A program made the translations under genes and the position numbers. Under the pieces are notes generated by a model. The model was not told the origin of the DNA and did no database searches. It saw only the letters and a list, made by a program, of their open reading frames with translations. This document shows, piece by piece, positions 7,102 to 15,364 of a DNA stretch of 30,532 bases (positions within the stretch are counted from its first letter, which is position 1; every line of letters starts with the position of its first letter). This DNA comes from Phycisphaerales bacterium. GTDB taxonomy: Bacteria; Planctomycetota; Phycisphaerae; Phycisphaerales; SM1A02. The stretch spans positions 1 through 30,532 of the forward strand of contig JAGQOI010000515.1 in NCBI GenBank assembly GCA_020427625.1, written 5' to 3'.

Positions 7102-8517
7102 CTACAGCAGGACTTCCGCGCCGGCGTCGATGCGCTCGGGGAGGTCCGCGACGCGGAGGTCGGCGGGGGCGAGGGCCGTGAGCGGGCTGATCTCGATCTT
7201 CGCCGCCGCGCGACCGTCGGCGGTACGGGCGACCGTCACGCCCGCGGACTCGAGCCAGTTCGCGGCCCGGTCGGACTGCAACTGGTGCGAGGTCGCGACC
7301 GAGTCCGTGCCGCTCGCGTTCTTGATCGGCGCGAACTCCTCGACGCGTCCGGTCTCGTAGACGATCGACGACGACGCGAAGGGGATCGCATCGAAGATGA
7401 ACATCTCGAGCTTCACGGCGTTCGCGGCGGCGGGTTCGACGAGCTCGCCACGCTCGTCGACATACGGCACCTTCTTCAGGGCGCGGTGGAACGGGAGCGT
7501 GAGGTCGGACGTCATGCGCTCCACGAAGTCGACGCCGATGAGATGGATCGCGATGGAGCCGGCGTTGAAGGTGAGTCGACCGTCGGGGTTGCGGGCGGCC
7601 GCGAGGGCGGGCGGGAGGTCGGAGTACTCGATCACGGCGGTTCGTCCGTCGACGCGGGCGAAGACGCCGACCTTCTCGTCGGGCCCGGCCTTGGCGACCA
7701 TCTTCGAGGACATCTCGCCGGAACTGTCGGGCGCGCCGACGTGCAGGCCGATGAACAGCGGGTCGACGATGCGCACGAGGGGGTTGTCGACCTGGAAGTA
7801 CGAGATGTGCTCGATCCCCCGAGCGCCCATGTCGGCCAGCGCGCCGCTCGCCCGCAGCGCACGAAGCGCGCCGCCGTGTCCGTCGGGATTGAGGGCGAGC
7901 GCACCCGGTGCGGCGAGGAGCAGTCTGCCCGTCGCAGCGTCGATGGACGGCATCGTGCCCTGGGGGAACATGAAGATGTTGCGGCGGCTCAGACCGAAGC
8001 AGTTGTTGTCCTCGAAGAACCGACGCGTGTCGGCGTCGTTCGCCGGACTCGTCATGATGTACCACGGGATCGTGACGCCGTACGTCTTCCCGGCGGCGGC
8101 GATCTGCTCGGCGAACACGCGAAAGAGCGGCTTGCCCGTCACCACCGTCGCGGGAAACGTGCCCTTCGGACCGTTCCAGCCCAGACGAGTGCCCTGGCCG
8201 CCCGCAACGGTGAACGCGGCGACCTTGCCGGCGCGGATGATCTCGGCGCCCCGCGCGGCGTACGACGCGGCGTTATACGTTCCGGCCGGATCGTGCGGGT
8301 AGTACGGCGCCGGTTCGAGATCGTCGGGCACGGTCACGGGTGTGTCGTGTCGGACGTACCGGTCGATGAGGGCGTCGAGCGCGTCGAAGTCGATGGCGTC
8401 GAGTTCGTCGAGCAGCGCACCGAGCGCGCGGGCGTCGAGCCGGTCGGCGAAGGCGAGGAGATGCGCCTGGCCGTGCTGGGAAAGGACGCGGCGAAGGGTC
8501 TCGAGGCGTTTGGACAT
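7102..8517 (-). CDS. UDPGP type 1 family nucleotidyltransferase (UDP-N-acetylhexosamine pyrophosphorylase-like)
   Basis: 'VAGGQGTRLGWNGPKG', 'IPWYIMTS', 'NPDGHGG', 'YFQVDNPL', 'EKVGV', 'IEYSDL', 'KLEMFIFD', 'EFAPIKNA' are the UAP1/AGX-type motifs. Confidence 0.9.
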   Translation of the reverse strand: MSKRLETLRRVLSQHGQAHLLAFADRLDARALGALLDELDAIDFDALDALIDRYVRHDTPVTVPDDLEPAPYYPHDPAGTYNAASYAARGAEIIRAGKVAAFTVAGGQGTRLGWNGPKGTFPATVVTGKPLFRVFAEQIAAAGKTYGVTIPWYIMTSPANDADTRRFFEDNNCFGLSRRNIFMFPQGTMPSIDAATGRLLLAAPGALALNPDGHGGALRALRASGALADMGARGIEHISYFQVDNPLVRIVDPLFIGLHVGAPDSSGEMSSKMVAKAGPDEKVGVFARVDGRTAVIEYSDLPPALAAARNPDGRLTFNAGSIAIHLIGVDFVERMTSDLTLPFHRALKKVPYVDERGELVEPAAANAVKLEMFIFDAIPFASSSIVYETGRVEEFAPIKNASGTDSVATSHQLQSDRAANWLESAGVTVARTADGRAAAKIEISPLTALAPADLRVADLPERIDAGAEVLL

Positions 8518-8553
8518 GAGGGCGCGGGGTGGGTCGGCGGAGAGGTTCGGAGA

Positions 8554-9237
8554 TCAGAGCGACGGCGGCTCGGGCTTGGTCCATCCGCCGGGCAGATGGC
8601 GGACGATGTTGCCCGTTTCGAGGTAGATGAGCTGTTCGCAGATGTTCGTGCAGTGGTCGGCGACGCGTTCGAGCGACTTCGTGACGCTCATGAGGCGGAA
8701 GCCGAGTTCGACGTTGAACTCGCCGTGCGCGACCTTGCGCTGGGCCTCCAGCAGGATCTCACGCTTGAACGCGGCGACGGTGTCGTCGAAGCCGAGCACC
8801 TGCTCGGCGAGGGCGGTGTCGGTGTTGCGCAGCGCGGCGTTGGCGTCCCGAAGCATGCCGATGACGCTGTTGGCGATCATGCGGAAGTGCGACGGCACAG
8901 CGCCGTCCTTGGAGTCGTGGAAGGCCGCGACGTTCTCGGCGATGTTCACGGCGCAATCCGCGATCCGCTCGAGCTCGTTGTTGATCTTCACGATCGTCAG
9001 GACCGACCGGATGTCGTGCTCGTCCGTGACGCCCATCGTGAACAACGGGATCGACGCCCGCTCGATCTCGACGTCGACGCGATCGATGACGTTGTCCTCT
9101 TCGATGACGGACGCGGCCGCGTCGACATCGCGCGAGAAGAAGGCCTCGACCGCCCGCTGGGTCACCTCGAGGACACGGTCCCCCTGGGTCACCAGGTCGT
9201 TGCGAAGCTGCGCCAGCCTCTGCGAGAACGTGTGCAT
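8554..9237 (-). CDS. phoU: Phosphate signalling complex protein PhoU
   Basis: Two helical repeats with 'DNVIDRVDVEIE', 'ELERIADCAVNIA', 'DDTV' and 'LERVADHCTNICEQLIY'. Confidence 0.92.
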   Translation of the reverse strand: MHTFSQRLAQLRNDLVTQGDRVLEVTQRAVEAFFSRDVDAAASVIEEDNVIDRVDVEIERASIPLFTMGVTDEHDIRSVLTIVKINNELERIADCAVNIAENVAAFHDSKDGAVPSHFRMIANSVIGMLRDANAALRNTDTALAEQVLGFDDTVAAFKREILLEAQRKVAHGEFNVELGFRLMSVTKSLERVADHCTNICEQLIYLETGNIVRHLPGGWTKPEPPSL

Positions 9238-9355
9238 CGGAACTCCTGCGTCTCCAACCGGACGCAGGCAGTATATCGACGGCCCGCGCCGGACACCACA
9301 CGCCCGCGATTTGGTCTCGGTTGTGCCCGGACCGCAGGCGCGCTACGCTGACGCC

Positions 9356-10120
9356 ATGATCGAACTCGGCGTCAACATCGACCACGTCGCGACCGTCCGG
9401 CAGGCCCGGCGAACCTACGAGCCCGATCCCGTCTGGGCGGCGGTCGAGGCCGAACTCGGCGGCGCGGACGGCATCACCTTCCACCTCCGCGAGGATCGAC
9501 GCCACATCGGCGACGACGACGTGCGCCGCCTCCGGGACACCGTCCACGTCCGACTCAACTTCGAGATGGCCGCGACCGAGGAGATGATCGCCCTCGCCTG
9601 CACCATCCGACCCGAACTCGCGATGTTCGTGCCCGAAGCCCGAACCGAAATCACCACCGAGGGCGGACTCGACGTCGCCGGACAACTCGACCGACTCCGC
9701 AATGCCGTCGCCCGACTCCACGACGCCGGCATCGTCGCCAGTGCGTTCATCGATGCCGACGAACGACAGATCGATGCCGCGGCCGACGCCGGCTTCCGCG
9801 TCTGCGAAATCCACACCGGTCCCTACGCCCACGCCATCCGAGCCCACGGTCGAGACCTCCGAGCCCCCGCCGTCGTCGCCCAACTCGACGCCGTCGCGAT
9901 CGCCGGCGATCGCGTGATCGAGCGAGGCATGCGGTTCAACGCCGGTCACGGCCTGAACTACGTCAACGTCCAGCCCATCGCCGGACTGCCGGGCATCGGC
10001 GAGCTGCACATCGGACACGCCATCGTGAGCCGCGCCATCTTCGTGGGGATCCGCGAGGCCGTCCGCGAGATGAAGCGTCTCATGCGGGCGGCCGGCGCGG
10101 ACGGAGCATCGTCGACATGA
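9356..10120 (+). CDS. pdxJ: Pyridoxine 5'-phosphate synthase
   Basis: ATG at 9356. 'LGVNIDHVATVRQAR', 'GADGITFHLREDRRHI', 'EIHTGPYA', 'NAGHGLNYVN', 'ELHIGHAIVSRA'. Confidence 0.96.
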   Translation: MIELGVNIDHVATVRQARRTYEPDPVWAAVEAELGGADGITFHLREDRRHIGDDDVRRLRDTVHVRLNFEMAATEEMIALACTIRPELAMFVPEARTEITTEGGLDVAGQLDRLRNAVARLHDAGIVASAFIDADERQIDAAADAGFRVCEIHTGPYAHAIRAHGRDLRAPAVVAQLDAVAIAGDRVIERGMRFNAGHGLNYVNVQPIAGLPGIGELHIGHAIVSRAIFVGIREAVREMKRLMRAAGADGASST

Positions 10121-10653
10121 GCGATCCCGGTTCGTACAAGGTCGCCGTGTTGTGTTACCTGACGGACGCCGAAGGCCGCGTGCTGCTGCTGCACCGCGTG
10201 AAGAGTCCGAACGCGGGCATGTACTCGCCGGTGGGCGGAAAGCTGGAGATGGCCCTCGGCGAGGGCATTCACGACTGCGCGATCCGGGAGATCGCGGAGG
10301 AGACCGGCATCCGCCTCGCCCGCGAGCACGTGCGGCTCATCGGCATCGTGTCCGAGCGGGCGTACGAGGGACGCGGGCACTGGCTCCTGTTCCTGCTCGA
10401 ATCCACGCGATCGATCGGGCACGACGAACTCGCCTGGACGGCGTTCGACGAAGGCACGCTGGAATGGATCGAGCCCGAACGCGTCGGCGAGATGGACATC
10501 CCGTGGACGGATCGGCACATCATGTGGCCGCTCGTCCGCGCCCATCACGGCGGCTTCTTCGTCGTGCACATCGACTGCTCCACGAACCCGCCGACGTGGG
10601 TCGTGCACGAGTCCGTGAAGGCCGTCGGCGAGGTCGATCTCGGCACGACCTGA
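10117..10653 (+). CDS. Nudix hydrolase (MutT/MTH1-like)
   Basis: Nudix box 'GGKLE...AIREIAEETGI', 'EGTLEW'. ATGA overlap with pdxJ. Confidence 0.88.
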   Translation: MSDPGSYKVAVLCYLTDAEGRVLLLHRVKSPNAGMYSPVGGKLEMALGEGIHDCAIREIAEETGIRLAREHVRLIGIVSERAYEGRGHWLLFLLESTRSIGHDELAWTAFDEGTLEWIEPERVGEMDIPWTDRHIMWPLVRAHHGGFFVVHIDCSTNPPTWVVHESVKAVGEVDLGTT

Positions 10654-10715
10654 CGGGCGTGGCATGCATCGGGGCGATAGAATCGCGTCGCCTCCCCCAC
10701 TCCCGGAGCCGTGCG

Positions 10716-11273
10716 ATGCATCACGTGCGTCTGGCCGTCGCGGATGACCTTCCGACGATCCTCGAGATCAGCAACTGGGCCGCGCTGCACACGGCGGCGA
10801 ACTTCGCGATCGAGCCGGAGTCGTTCGACTCGTGGTCGCGATCGTTCCTGGACACGAGCGAGCGCTATCCGTGGCTCGTCGCGGACACGGGCGGTGCGGT
10901 GATCGGGTTCGCGAAGGCGTCACCGTGGAAGGGCCGCTGCGCGTACCACTGGGCGGCGGAGACGACGGTGTACGTGCAGCCCGACGCGCACGGTCGCGGC
11001 ATCGGGCGGGCGTTGTACGTGCGTCTCATCGATCTGCTGGATCGGCAGGGGTATCGCACGCTGCTGGGCGGGATCACGCTGCCGAACGTCGCGAGCGTCG
11101 CGTTGCACGAATCGTGCGGATTCCGGCACGTCGCGACGTTCGAGCGGGTCGGCTGGAAGTTCGATCGCTGGCACGACGTCGGCTACTGGGAGCGACTGCT
11201 CGGCGCGAGCGACGAGACGCCCCGCGCGATCCGACCGGTCCGCGAGGTCGCCGGCGCGGCCTCGCTTTCCTGA
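10716..11273 (+). CDS. GNAT N-acetyltransferase, phosphinothricin acetyltransferase (Pat/YncA)-like
   Basis: ATG at 10716. 'YPWLVA', 'ETTVYVQPDAHGRGIG', 'NVASVALHESCGF', 'GWKFDRWHDVGYWE'. Confidence 0.88.
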   Translation: MHHVRLAVADDLPTILEISNWAALHTAANFAIEPESFDSWSRSFLDTSERYPWLVADTGGAVIGFAKASPWKGRCAYHWAAETTVYVQPDAHGRGIGRALYVRLIDLLDRQGYRTLLGGITLPNVASVALHESCGFRHVATFERVGWKFDRWHDVGYWERLLGASDETPRAIRPVREVAGAASLS

Positions 11274-11290
11274 CGCGGCGAAGAAACGCT

Positions 11291-12511
11291 CTATCGACTC
11301 CACGCCTCCAGCACGAGTGTGAGGTCGTTCGAATCCACGATCCCGTCGCGGTTCAGATCCGCCGGCGAGTCCGACAGACCCCAGTCGGCAAGCACCTCCG
11401 CGAGATCACGTGCATTCACGCGGCAGTCCGCCGTCACGTCGCCCGGGATGCGGCGAGGCACGAGCAGGCACCAGGGATGGGACGCGAGGATGACGCCGTT
11501 GTCGCGGAGGTCCCGCGTACTGGTGACGTCACCGACGAGTTCGATCGCCTCCGGCGTGAGGAGGTCGTTCACGAACGTCAGTTCGCCCTGCTGGTAGAGG
11601 AAGACGATCGGCTCCGTCGGCTTCGGATAGCCGACGCCGACGATCATGTCGAAGCGGTTGATGTTCGAGGCGCCGCTCTGGTACCAACCGGTGTCGGCGT
11701 CGACCTGCGCCAGACCACGCCCGGTATAGATCCAGACGTGGTTGTAGGCCGACGGCAGATCCGGGTCCTGAATCTTCCCAACTCCGACGATATGCCCACG
11801 GTTGTTGATGAAGTCCCCCTCGCTGGTCGTGCCGCCGGGGATCACGCCAAGGTCGATGAACTCGCTGCCGTCGACGTTGGCACGGAACGTGTGAGGCGGC
11901 GACCCCTCCGCCCTGATCCGGCCCGTCACCTGGCCGAATTCGTTCATGTCGTGGATTCGCAGGAACGGTTGGCGGAAGACCGGCCCAAGGTCCGTGAACA
12001 CGCCGTCTTTCCAGACGAAGCCTGAGGACAGTCCGGTCACATTCTCGCCCCAATGCCCGGTGACCTCACCGTGGTCCGTGATGGCCTTCGCCTCGATGTA
12101 CGTCCCGCCCGGCGGGATCTCCAGCAGCGTCCACGTGCCGGAAACGTAGACGACCGAGTGTTGGAAGCTCTGGTCGCCTTGAACTCGCGCGATGCCGCAG
12201 AACTCGCCGGCGCCATTGATGTCCACCGGCCTGAACGATGCGATGCCCGGCGGCAGCGTCGGATACTGGAGCCCTTCCGGCTCCGACCACAGCACCGGAC
12301 GCCGCTGATCATCGTTCGTGCACAGGCTGTACTCACCGAGGACCAGGCCGCTCTCGTTCACCGCCGCCCAGGTCGTATGGGACGACGAACAAGGCTGCTG
12401 TGCCGGCACGACGCCCAGCACGACCGCGTCGTATTGGCACTGCGCGAACGCCGGGACGGCGCACACGATGAAGACGGCGCCGATCGCCAAACGCGCTCCA
12501 TGTCGATGCAT
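11291..12511 (-). CDS. Secreted HAF-repeat-like (putative beta-propeller) protein with C-terminal dockerin-like EF-hand pair
   Basis: GGAGA RBS before ATG at 12511. Signal peptide ending 'PAFA-QC'. Repeats 'INGAGEFCG', 'MNEFGQVTG', 'INNRGHIVG', 'INRFDMIVG'. C-terminus 'GDVTADCRVNARDL...ADLNRDGIVDSNDLTLVLEAW'. Confidence 0.75.
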   Translation of the reverse strand: MHRHGARLAIGAVFIVCAVPAFAQCQYDAVVLGVVPAQQPCSSSHTTWAAVNESGLVLGEYSLCTNDDQRRPVLWSEPEGLQYPTLPPGIASFRPVDINGAGEFCGIARVQGDQSFQHSVVYVSGTWTLLEIPPGGTYIEAKAITDHGEVTGHWGENVTGLSSGFVWKDGVFTDLGPVFRQPFLRIHDMNEFGQVTGRIRAEGSPPHTFRANVDGSEFIDLGVIPGGTTSEGDFINNRGHIVGVGKIQDPDLPSAYNHVWIYTGRGLAQVDADTGWYQSGASNINRFDMIVGVGYPKPTEPIVFLYQQGELTFVNDLLTPEAIELVGDVTSTRDLRDNGVILASHPWCLLVPRRIPGDVTADCRVNARDLAEVLADWGLSDSPADLNRDGIVDSNDLTLVLEAWSR

Positions 12512-12635
12512 GACGAGGTCTCCCCGGACGGCAGGACAGCGCCGCGAACATGCGGGCGTACCCGACACTCAGCATGCCACGCGGGTCGAGGGCGGGCAAG
12601 AGGAAAGTCGCCGGCGCGCGTTCGATCGATGTCGA

Positions 12636-13958
12636 TCAGCGGGCGTAGTCGGCGATCGGGGGGAGCACGCGACAGCGGATGAAGAGCCAGGCGGCCTGGG
12701 CGGTGGCGCCGGCGGTGATGGCGGCGGTCGTCACGATGAGTCCGGGTGATCCCTGCCAGAGCACGCCGCCGCCGATGACGATCGCGGTGACGACGAGGAA
12801 CACGCCGACCGCCTCGGTGATGCCACGCGTGCGATGGGCGTCGACGAGCAGACCCTGGTAGTACGAGTGCAGGAACGTCATCAGCGGATGAGGAATCGTC
12901 CACAGCAACGCGACGATGGCGAGCGCGACGATCTCCTCCGTCAGATCCGAGACGTCGCCGAACCACCAGGTCGCCAGCGGCGTGAACGCGATGAGCGCCA
13001 TGAGACCGGAACTCAGCAGGCCGGCGGTCCAGGCGAAGCGTCCCAGCGCGGCCCGCCCGCCGGGATCGCTCGCGTGACGCACGACCACCTCGTTGTACGC
13101 CACGCCGATGCTGCGGATCATGAACGACAGGCCGTTGAGCACCATGAACGCGGCATAGGAATCGAGTTCCCGGGGCATGCGGCTGATGCCGGCGCTGGCG
13201 ATCGGCTGGGTCGACAGCGCCAGCAGCGGCGACATCGCGAGCGGAATGTAGAAGTGGATGAAGCGTGTGAGATCGATGCGTCGGGCGACGGGCGGCGCGT
13301 CGGCGAGGGGACCGGCGATGACGGCCCGCGCGCACCAGCGCGCGTACGCCGCCTCGCAGCAGACGCTCACGGCGAGCGCACTGGTCCCGACGACGATGCC
13401 GGACGTGCCGCCGATTCCCCAGCCGGCGAGGAGCATGGTCGCGGTGCCGAGGAGTCGGACGACGGTGCCGACGCCGACCTGGTGCTGGCGTCCGAAGCGG
13501 ATGAGCAGGCCCTGGTGGAACCGCCGGTCGGCGATCGCCCACGTCCAGAACGTCATGATCCGGAAGCCGATGCGGGCGGGTTCGAGGACGACGGGCTTGG
13601 CGCCGATGACGTGCAGGACGAGCACGTCGAACAGCGGCGTGAAGGCGACGAGGGCGTGGATGAGCGTGAGCATCAGGGCGAGACGCGTCATGTAGCGCTT
13701 CAGCGTGACGAACGACGCGGCATCGCGGGAGAGCGACGTCGAGGCCGCGAGCATCATGATGATGGGCGCCTCGATGAGCAGCGCGAGCGGGAACACGATG
13801 CCGCCGAAGGCCGCGAGGTTCACCGTGTCGTCGGGGAACCGCGAGATCACCGCCGCGATGGCGGGCATCTCGACGCCCATGAGGAGCCAGCTCGACGCGA
13901 GCGGCCACCAGGTGTGCAGGACGGTGCGGGCGGCGAGGGCGGGGGCGGGCGTCGACAT
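12636..13958 (-). CDS. Multi-pass membrane transporter, MATE/MOP superfamily, ANKH-like
   Basis: ATG at 13958. Many hydrophobic segments in two similar halves ('WWPLASSWLLM...AAVISR' and 'FYIPLAMSPLL...SAGISR'). Confidence 0.65.
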   Translation of the reverse strand: MSTPAPALAARTVLHTWWPLASSWLLMGVEMPAIAAVISRFPDDTVNLAAFGGIVFPLALLIEAPIIMMLAASTSLSRDAASFVTLKRYMTRLALMLTLIHALVAFTPLFDVLVLHVIGAKPVVLEPARIGFRIMTFWTWAIADRRFHQGLLIRFGRQHQVGVGTVVRLLGTATMLLAGWGIGGTSGIVVGTSALAVSVCCEAAYARWCARAVIAGPLADAPPVARRIDLTRFIHFYIPLAMSPLLALSTQPIASAGISRMPRELDSYAAFMVLNGLSFMIRSIGVAYNEVVVRHASDPGGRAALGRFAWTAGLLSSGLMALIAFTPLATWWFGDVSDLTEEIVALAIVALLWTIPHPLMTFLHSYYQGLLVDAHRTRGITEAVGVFLVVTAIVIGGGVLWQGSPGLIVTTAAITAGATAQAAWLFIRCRVLPPIADYAR

Positions 13959-14022
13959 GAGGGCGACAGCATAGCGCGGCCACGGGCCCGGAGGGGCGGG
14001 TCGACCGATTCCCGGGACGAGA

Positions 14023-14466
14023 TCAGTGTCCGGTGCTGCCGAAGCCGCCGGCGCCTCGGGCGGTGTCTTCGAGCGCGTCGACCTCGGTGACGGCGCACTG
14101 GGCGACGGGCGCGACGACCATCTGGGCGATGCGCATGCCGGGCTCGACGGTGAAGGGATCGCGTCCGAGGTTGATGAGCGGGACCATGACCTCGCCGCGG
14201 TAGTCGGCATCGATCGTGCCCGGCGCGTTGGGCATGGAGATGCCGAACTTCGTCGCGAGTCCGGAGCGTGGCCGGACCTGGGCCTCGTAGCCGATCGGGA
14301 CGGCGATGGCGATCCCGCAGGGCAGGAGTCGGATGTCGCCGGGCTCGAGGACGACGGGGGCGTCGAGGGTGGTGTGCAGATCGAGTCCCGCGGCGTGTTC
14401 CGTCTGGTAGGCGGGCACGACGGCGCGATCGTTCAGGCGATGGACGCGAAGGACGGGCTCGGGCAT
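14023..14466 (-). CDS. dut: dUTP diphosphatase
   Basis: ATG at 14466. Motifs 'AAGLDL', 'PRSGLA', '[10 protein letters not shown]', 'RIAQMVV', '[10 protein letters not shown]'. Confidence 0.96.
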   Translation of the reverse strand: MPEPVLRVHRLNDRAVVPAYQTEHAAGLDLHTTLDAPVVLEPGDIRLLPCGIAIAVPIGYEAQVRPRSGLATKFGISMPNAPGTIDADYRGEVMVPLINLGRDPFTVEPGMRIAQMVVAPVAQCAVTEVDALEDTARGAGGFGSTGH

Positions 14467-14489
14467 GGGATGGAGTGTAGCGTCGCGGG

Positions 14490-14903
14490 TCAGACCGTGA
14501 TCGGCAGGACGAACCAGGCGACCGCGACGACGATGACGATGCTCACGAGCGCACAGACGAGCAGCGCGGTGCGGGCCTTCGGCTGGCCGTGACAGGCGCG
14601 CAGCGACCGACCGCCCTTCGTGCCGAAGCCCGCGAACCGCAGGGGGATGCGGGCGAGGGCTTCCTTCCAGTTCGCCTGGTGGTCGCCGGCGTAGGCGCGC
14701 CAGGCGTAGAAGTTGACGAGCACCGCCGCGGCGGCGACGAGCCCGACGATCCCCGCCCGGACCTGCGTCTGGACGAGGAGTCCCCAGATGAACAGCGCGA
14801 AGAGCCCGATCATCGTGAGACCGAGGTACACGACGCCGTCGTTGACGGTTCGGACGGGCGCGGGGGCGTGCGCGGCCTTGCGGGATCGGGCTTTGGTGGT
14901 CAT
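14490..14903 (-). CDS. Hypothetical small membrane protein
   Basis: Three hydrophobic segments. ATGA overlap with the upstream ORF. Confidence 0.6.
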   Translation of the reverse strand: MTTKARSRKAAHAPAPVRTVNDGVVYLGLTMIGLFALFIWGLLVQTQVRAGIVGLVAAAAVLVNFYAWRAYAGDHQANWKEALARIPLRFAGFGTKGGRSLRACHGQPKARTALLVCALVSIVIVVAVAWFVLPITV

Positions 14904-15190
14904 GTGATGCTGACGGAGACGGCGGGCCGGGCGACGCGGGTGCGTCGGGGGGGATCACGTCGGGCGGCGGGGGCGGTCTCGTCGAGTTGCGCGATCATCG
15001 CCTCGGTCTGGGCGATGGCGACATCGAGGGAACTCCGGCCGGTGGCGTGCTTGTAGGGGTCGACGGTCTGGCGTTCGGCGTGGCGCGCGATGCATTCCTC
15101 GCGGGCCGCGATGAGTTGTCGGAGCACCGCGACGGCCTGGAGCCGCAGATCGGCGGCTCGGTCGGTGTCGCGGGGGAAGTCGATCGACAT
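14900..15190 (-). CDS. Hypothetical small helical protein
   Basis: Probable ATG at 15190 (MSIDFPRD...). Stop overlaps the next start. No family recognised. Confidence 0.5.
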   Translation of the reverse strand: MSIDFPRDTDRAADLRLQAVAVLRQLIAAREECIARHAERQTVDPYKHATGRSSLDVAIAQTEAMIAQLDETAPAARRDPPRRTRVARPAVSVSIT

Positions 15191-15364
15191 GGCAGGGTCC
15201 TTTCGAGCCGGCGGCGCGACGATCGTGGACGCGCGGACGCGGGCTGCACCCAAGACACAGATCACGTGAGACGCCCCCCATTGTCGAACGCGGAGCGCCG
15301 ATCTGCAAGCCGCCCATCCCTGGGGACGGCTCGGCGGGTGCGGCTCGGGAGGATTCCGACGCGT

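Noticed and set aside
6693-7360. Short ORFs with GTVPGTVP / GQFRELSQ repeats
   Set aside because: They are translations of the palindromic DNA repeat on both strands, with no evidence of coding.
9238-9355. Pho box in the phoU/pdxJ divergent region
   Set aside because: No CTGTCAT-like direct repeats at 11-bp spacing could be found.
11291-12511. Horizontally acquired low-GC gene
   Set aside because: Spot counts (57% and 63% GC in two 60-bp lines) overlap a flanking gene line (62%). Not supportable without a computed profile.
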